From contig CAVRBU010000003.1 in NCBI GenBank assembly GCA_963719315.1, forward strand, positions 128,001 through 192,000: DNA of 64,000 nucleotides. Direction: 5' to 3'. This stretch comes from an uncultured Planctomycetota bacterium (lineage in GTDB: Bacteria > Planctomycetota > Planctomycetia > Pirellulales > Lacipirellulaceae). Position 1 is the stretch's first letter; each line of letters starts with the position of its first letter. The translations under genes were made by a program, and so were the position numbers. Positions 61,003-64,000 of this stretch are shown piece after piece. The notes under the pieces were generated by a model. The model did not search any database and was not told the origin of the DNA. It worked only from the letters and a program-made list of their open reading frames with translations.

Positions 61003-61149
61003 ACTGACCATTCCGCACTTGGACCGATCGCGCACCCCGCCTTACAATCAATTGGTCGGCGATGCTCTGAATTGAGCTTGGTCGCTTCGCGTGAGCATGT
61101 TGGCGCGAGCGAGGTTATGGCACCCGCCGCCGTCACAAGCTAAGGCCGC

Positions 61150-62964
61150 ATGTCGTACCGAACCTTCAAACGTGTGCTGGGTGAAACCAACCTTGAGCGG
61201 AAGTGCCGCTGGTGGTTCGGCGTTTCGTTGGCCGTCTTGCTGACGCTCAGCTTCACGTGGTACAGCCGGCAGACCAATAAAATCGTCCGCGACCTGAACC
61301 CGACGTTTATCGGCCCCGAGTTGGTGCGGGCCGGTTGGTTGGAGATCCACTTTTCGCATTTGGATAAAATAGAAGGCGAGTTCTATCGCGATCTCGTGGA
61401 AAGCAGCCGCGACATGGGGCGGAGATTTCAATGGGATGCGATCCTACCCTCAGATAGCTTTGAGACTCCCCCTCCTGCGAACTTCCGTCCCCGCGATGCG
61501 CACGAACAACGCTGGTTGGCGGAATGGTCGGCCCCGCTCGACCCGACTAAAAAACCTGCCGCTGCCGGCGCCGGTGGTGAGCAGCCGGCCATGCACCAAT
61601 TCCTTACAGGGCAGGGCGATTTCCACGAGCGGTATATCGAGGAGGCCGACGGTCGTCGTTCGTACCAATACTACCAGCCGATGTATGCGGACCCTTCGTG
61701 TGTAAATTGCCACAAGCACTTGGACGCAGGCGGTCGGCGGCCGAATTTGCAAGCCCGCGATTTGATAGCCGTCATCCGCGTGACGACCGATTACGACGCG
61801 ACGGCGGCGCGAATTGCCTTTAACCAGGCCTCTCTGTGGGGAGCGGCGATCGTCGTCGGGTTTGTGTCGATGGTTTCGTTGTGGGCCGTCGTTCGCTACG
61901 TGATCGTCAAGCCGGTCACGCATCTGCGCGACGTGGCCAATGCCGTCCGCGAGGGCGACGTCGAGCGGCGGGCCGTGATTCGCACCGGCGATGAGTTCGA
62001 GGAACTCGGCGCCGCATTCAACCGCATGCTGCGGCAACTCTTGAGCCAGCAGAGCGAATTGAAACAGAGCAAGGGCGAGTTGGACGAACGCCTCGACGAG
62101 TTGGCCCAGGCCAACATGAAGCTCTACGAAATGAACCGACTCAAAAGCGACTTCCTGGCCACGGTGAGCCACGAGCTACGCACGCCGCTCAACAGCATCC
62201 TCGGCTTCAGCGACGTGCTGAGCGGCATCAACGCTCTCGACGACAAGCAGCGCCGTTACGTGGGCAACATCCAACGCTCGGGGCGGATGCTCCTCGACAT
62301 GATCAACGACATTTTGGACCTGGCCAAAGTGGAAAGCGGTAAAATGGAGATTCGTCCCAGCGAATTCAAGATTAATGCGCTCGTCTCCTCGCTGTGCGAT
62401 ATGGCCCGGCCGTTGGCCGAAAAAAAGATCATCGATCTGGATTGCGAGGCGGCTACGACATTGCCGCCGCTGCGACAGGACCAGGCTAAAGTTCAGCAAA
62501 TACTCAATAATCTGCTCTCGAACGCAATCAAATTCACGCCTGAAGGCGGGCGGATCAACGTCTCCGCCGAGCGCGATGAACACGGCGATTTGCGTCTCAA
62601 AGTGACCGATACCGGCATCGGCATCAGCCCCGACGAGCAGCAACTTGTGTTCGAGAAGTTTCGGCAGGCCTCCAGCGTGCTGCCCGATGGTGATGCGATG
62701 ACCCGCGAATACTCGGGCACCGGCCTAGGGCTCTCGATCGTCCGCGAACTGTGCCGGCTCCTCGGCGGCGATGTCTCGCTGGAAAGCGAACTCGGCAAGG
62801 GCAGCACGTTCACCGTGCGGCTACCGTGGCATCTGGACGAAACTATCCGTCTCGACGCCCAGCTCCGCGAAGACTTGGACGTGCTATCGCGTTCCGCCCG
62901 CGTGGCCGACGCGCTGCCCGCTGCCACAGTGCCATCGCTAGAAAGCCAAGGCACGGGAGTGTGA
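61150..62964 (+). CDS. membrane sensor histidine kinase (periplasmic CXXCH, HAMP, HisKA, HATPase)
   Basis: two TMs, SCVNCHK, HAMP (GDEFEELGAAFNRM), SHELRTPL, NLLSNAIKFT, GTGLGL. Confidence 0.95.
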   Translation: MSYRTFKRVLGETNLERKCRWWFGVSLAVLLTLSFTWYSRQTNKIVRDLNPTFIGPELVRAGWLEIHFSHLDKIEGEFYRDLVESSRDMGRRFQWDAILPSDSFETPPPANFRPRDAHEQRWLAEWSAPLDPTKKPAAAGAGGEQPAMHQFLTGQGDFHERYIEEADGRRSYQYYQPMYADPSCVNCHKHLDAGGRRPNLQARDLIAVIRVTTDYDATAARIAFNQASLWGAAIVVGFVSMVSLWAVVRYVIVKPVTHLRDVANAVREGDVERRAVIRTGDEFEELGAAFNRMLRQLLSQQSELKQSKGELDERLDELAQANMKLYEMNRLKSDFLATVSHELRTPLNSILGFSDVLSGINALDDKQRRYVGNIQRSGRMLLDMINDILDLAKVESGKMEIRPSEFKINALVSSLCDMARPLAEKKIIDLDCEAATTLPPLRQDQAKVQQILNNLLSNAIKFTPEGGRINVSAERDEHGDLRLKVTDTGIGISPDEQQLVFEKFRQASSVLPDGDAMTREYSGTGLGLSIVRELCRLLGGDVSLESELGKGSTFTVRLPWHLDETIRLDAQLREDLDVLSRSARVADALPAATVPSLESQGTGV

Positions 62965-62968
62965 GGCC

Positions 62969-63035
62969 GATTGTGGATTGCGAATTGCGGATTGAAAGAC
63001 AACAATCCGAAATCTGGAATCCGAAACCCGAAATT
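62969..63035. repeat. inverted pair of heptamer repeats (GATTGCG / AATCCGA)
   Basis: GATTGTGGATTGCGAATTGCGGATTG .. CAATCCGAAATCTGGAATCCGAAACCCGAAAT. Confidence 0.75.
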
Positions 63036-63045
63036 GGCTCTATCG

Positions 63046-63519
63046 ATGCCGCCGACCTCGACCTCGCAACTTCCGACTGTTCAACTCTTCACCGATGGCG
63101 GCTGCAGCGGCAACCCAGGCCCCGGCGGTTGGGCATTTATCCTCCGACATCCCGTGTCGGAAAAGGAAATGGAACGCAGCGGCGGCGATCCCAATACCAC
63201 GAACAACCGCATGGAGCTCACCGCGGTCGTCCGCGGCCTAGAGGCCCTCAAGGTCCGCAGCCATGTCGAGCTGCTGACCGACAGCGTCTACGTCGGCAAG
63301 GGCATTACCGAGTGGATGCCCAAATGGAAGGCGAACGGCTGGCGCCGAAAAGAACGCAACAAACTCGTCCCCATCGCCAACGAAGAACTATGGCGTGAAC
63401 TCGACAAGCTGCTGGCCAAGCACGTGGTGAATTACACCCGCGTCGCCGGTCACAGCGGCCACGCAGAAAACGACCGTGTCGACGAGCTCGCCGTCGCGGC
63501 ATATCAGAAGTACCTGTAG
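63046..63519 (+). CDS. rnhA: ribonuclease HI
   Basis: FTDGGCSGNPGPGGW, TTNNRMEL, TDSVYV, GHSGHAENDRVD. Confidence 0.98.
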   Translation: MPPTSTSQLPTVQLFTDGGCSGNPGPGGWAFILRHPVSEKEMERSGGDPNTTNNRMELTAVVRGLEALKVRSHVELLTDSVYVGKGITEWMPKWKANGWRRKERNKLVPIANEELWRELDKLLAKHVVNYTRVAGHSGHAENDRVDELAVAAYQKYL

Positions 63520-63642
63520 TGTTGCGTGTCGCCCATCGCGAGGCACTCCCACTATCGTCGCGCCCACGCAGAATTAACCTGAGGCCGCCGCCCACCAAAG
63601 CAACAGTTCCCGACACCACCGCCCGCGCCATACAATGGCGGC

Positions 63643-64000
63643 ATGAGCGCGTCCCCGCAAAGCGCCGGCCAGCAAACACCGCAACATCGCCAACCGACGC
63701 TGGCCGAAGTGCTGAGTACCCCGGTCGAGTTCGTGCGCGGTGTCGGCCCGCAGCGGGCGGAGCTCCTCCATCGGTTGGACGTCCGCACCGCGGGCGACCT
63801 CATCTTCTTTTTTCCGCGCGATTACGAGGATCTGACCGACCGCCGCGAGATCGCCGACCTTGACGAAGAGCACGTGCAAACAATTCGCGGCCAAGTGTCT
63901 GAGATCGATGGCCGCAGCAGCGGATTTGGGAAGAGCATCGTCGGCGTGCTCGTAAAGCAGGGGAACGACTATTTGCGAGCGCTGTGGTTTAACCAACCTT
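63643..64000 (+). CDS. recG: ATP-dependent DNA helicase RecG, N-terminus (runs off window)
   Basis: manual translation ..TPVEFVRGVGPQRAELLHRLDVRTAGDLIFFFPRDYEDL..LRALWFNQP. Confidence 0.9.
   Translation, partial: MSASPQSAGQQTPQHRQPTLAEVLSTPVEFVRGVGPQRAELLHRLDVRTAGDLIFFFPRDYEDLTDRREIADLDEEHVQTIRGQVSEIDGRSSGFGKSIVGVLVKQGNDYLRALWFNQP

Overview
GC-rich bacterial chromosomal window. Gene content points to Planctomycetota, probably Pirellulales (DUF1549/DUF1553-DUF1501 module, DUF3500, PEP-CTERM/dockerin-like proteins, planctomycete-type hypotheticals); this is inferred from recalled protein families, not a database search. The backbone is housekeeping: guaB, pduO-type adenosyltransferase, glnD, trpBA, mutM, nnrE, nadD, priA, rnhA, partial recG, ABC components and two histidine kinases. 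About 16 genes are broken by 1-2 nt indels that look like long-read consensus errors. Accessory features: (i) a 0.1-6.6 kb hotspot with two vapBC modules, two IS200/RAYT-like Y1 HUH transposases each next to its own ~200-240 bp mirror-image triple-hairpin repeat, a terminase-small-like HTH gene and a truncated IS5-like element; (ii) an exported 14-Cys metallothionein-like peptide; (iii) an intact single-ORF IS66 (8-bp TSD) inserted in the GS motif of a decayed MntA-HepT toxin-antitoxin pair; (iv) a ~3 kb S8-protease island bracketed by two 135-bp, almost purely synonymously diverged copies of an ABC permease 3' end; (v) a methyltransferase + LPS kinase + LmtA-like operon; (vi) many dispersed palindromic repeat families (GTAG-REPs, 9-mer and 7-mer periodic inverted pairs). 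No rRNA, tRNA or CRISPR array was found.
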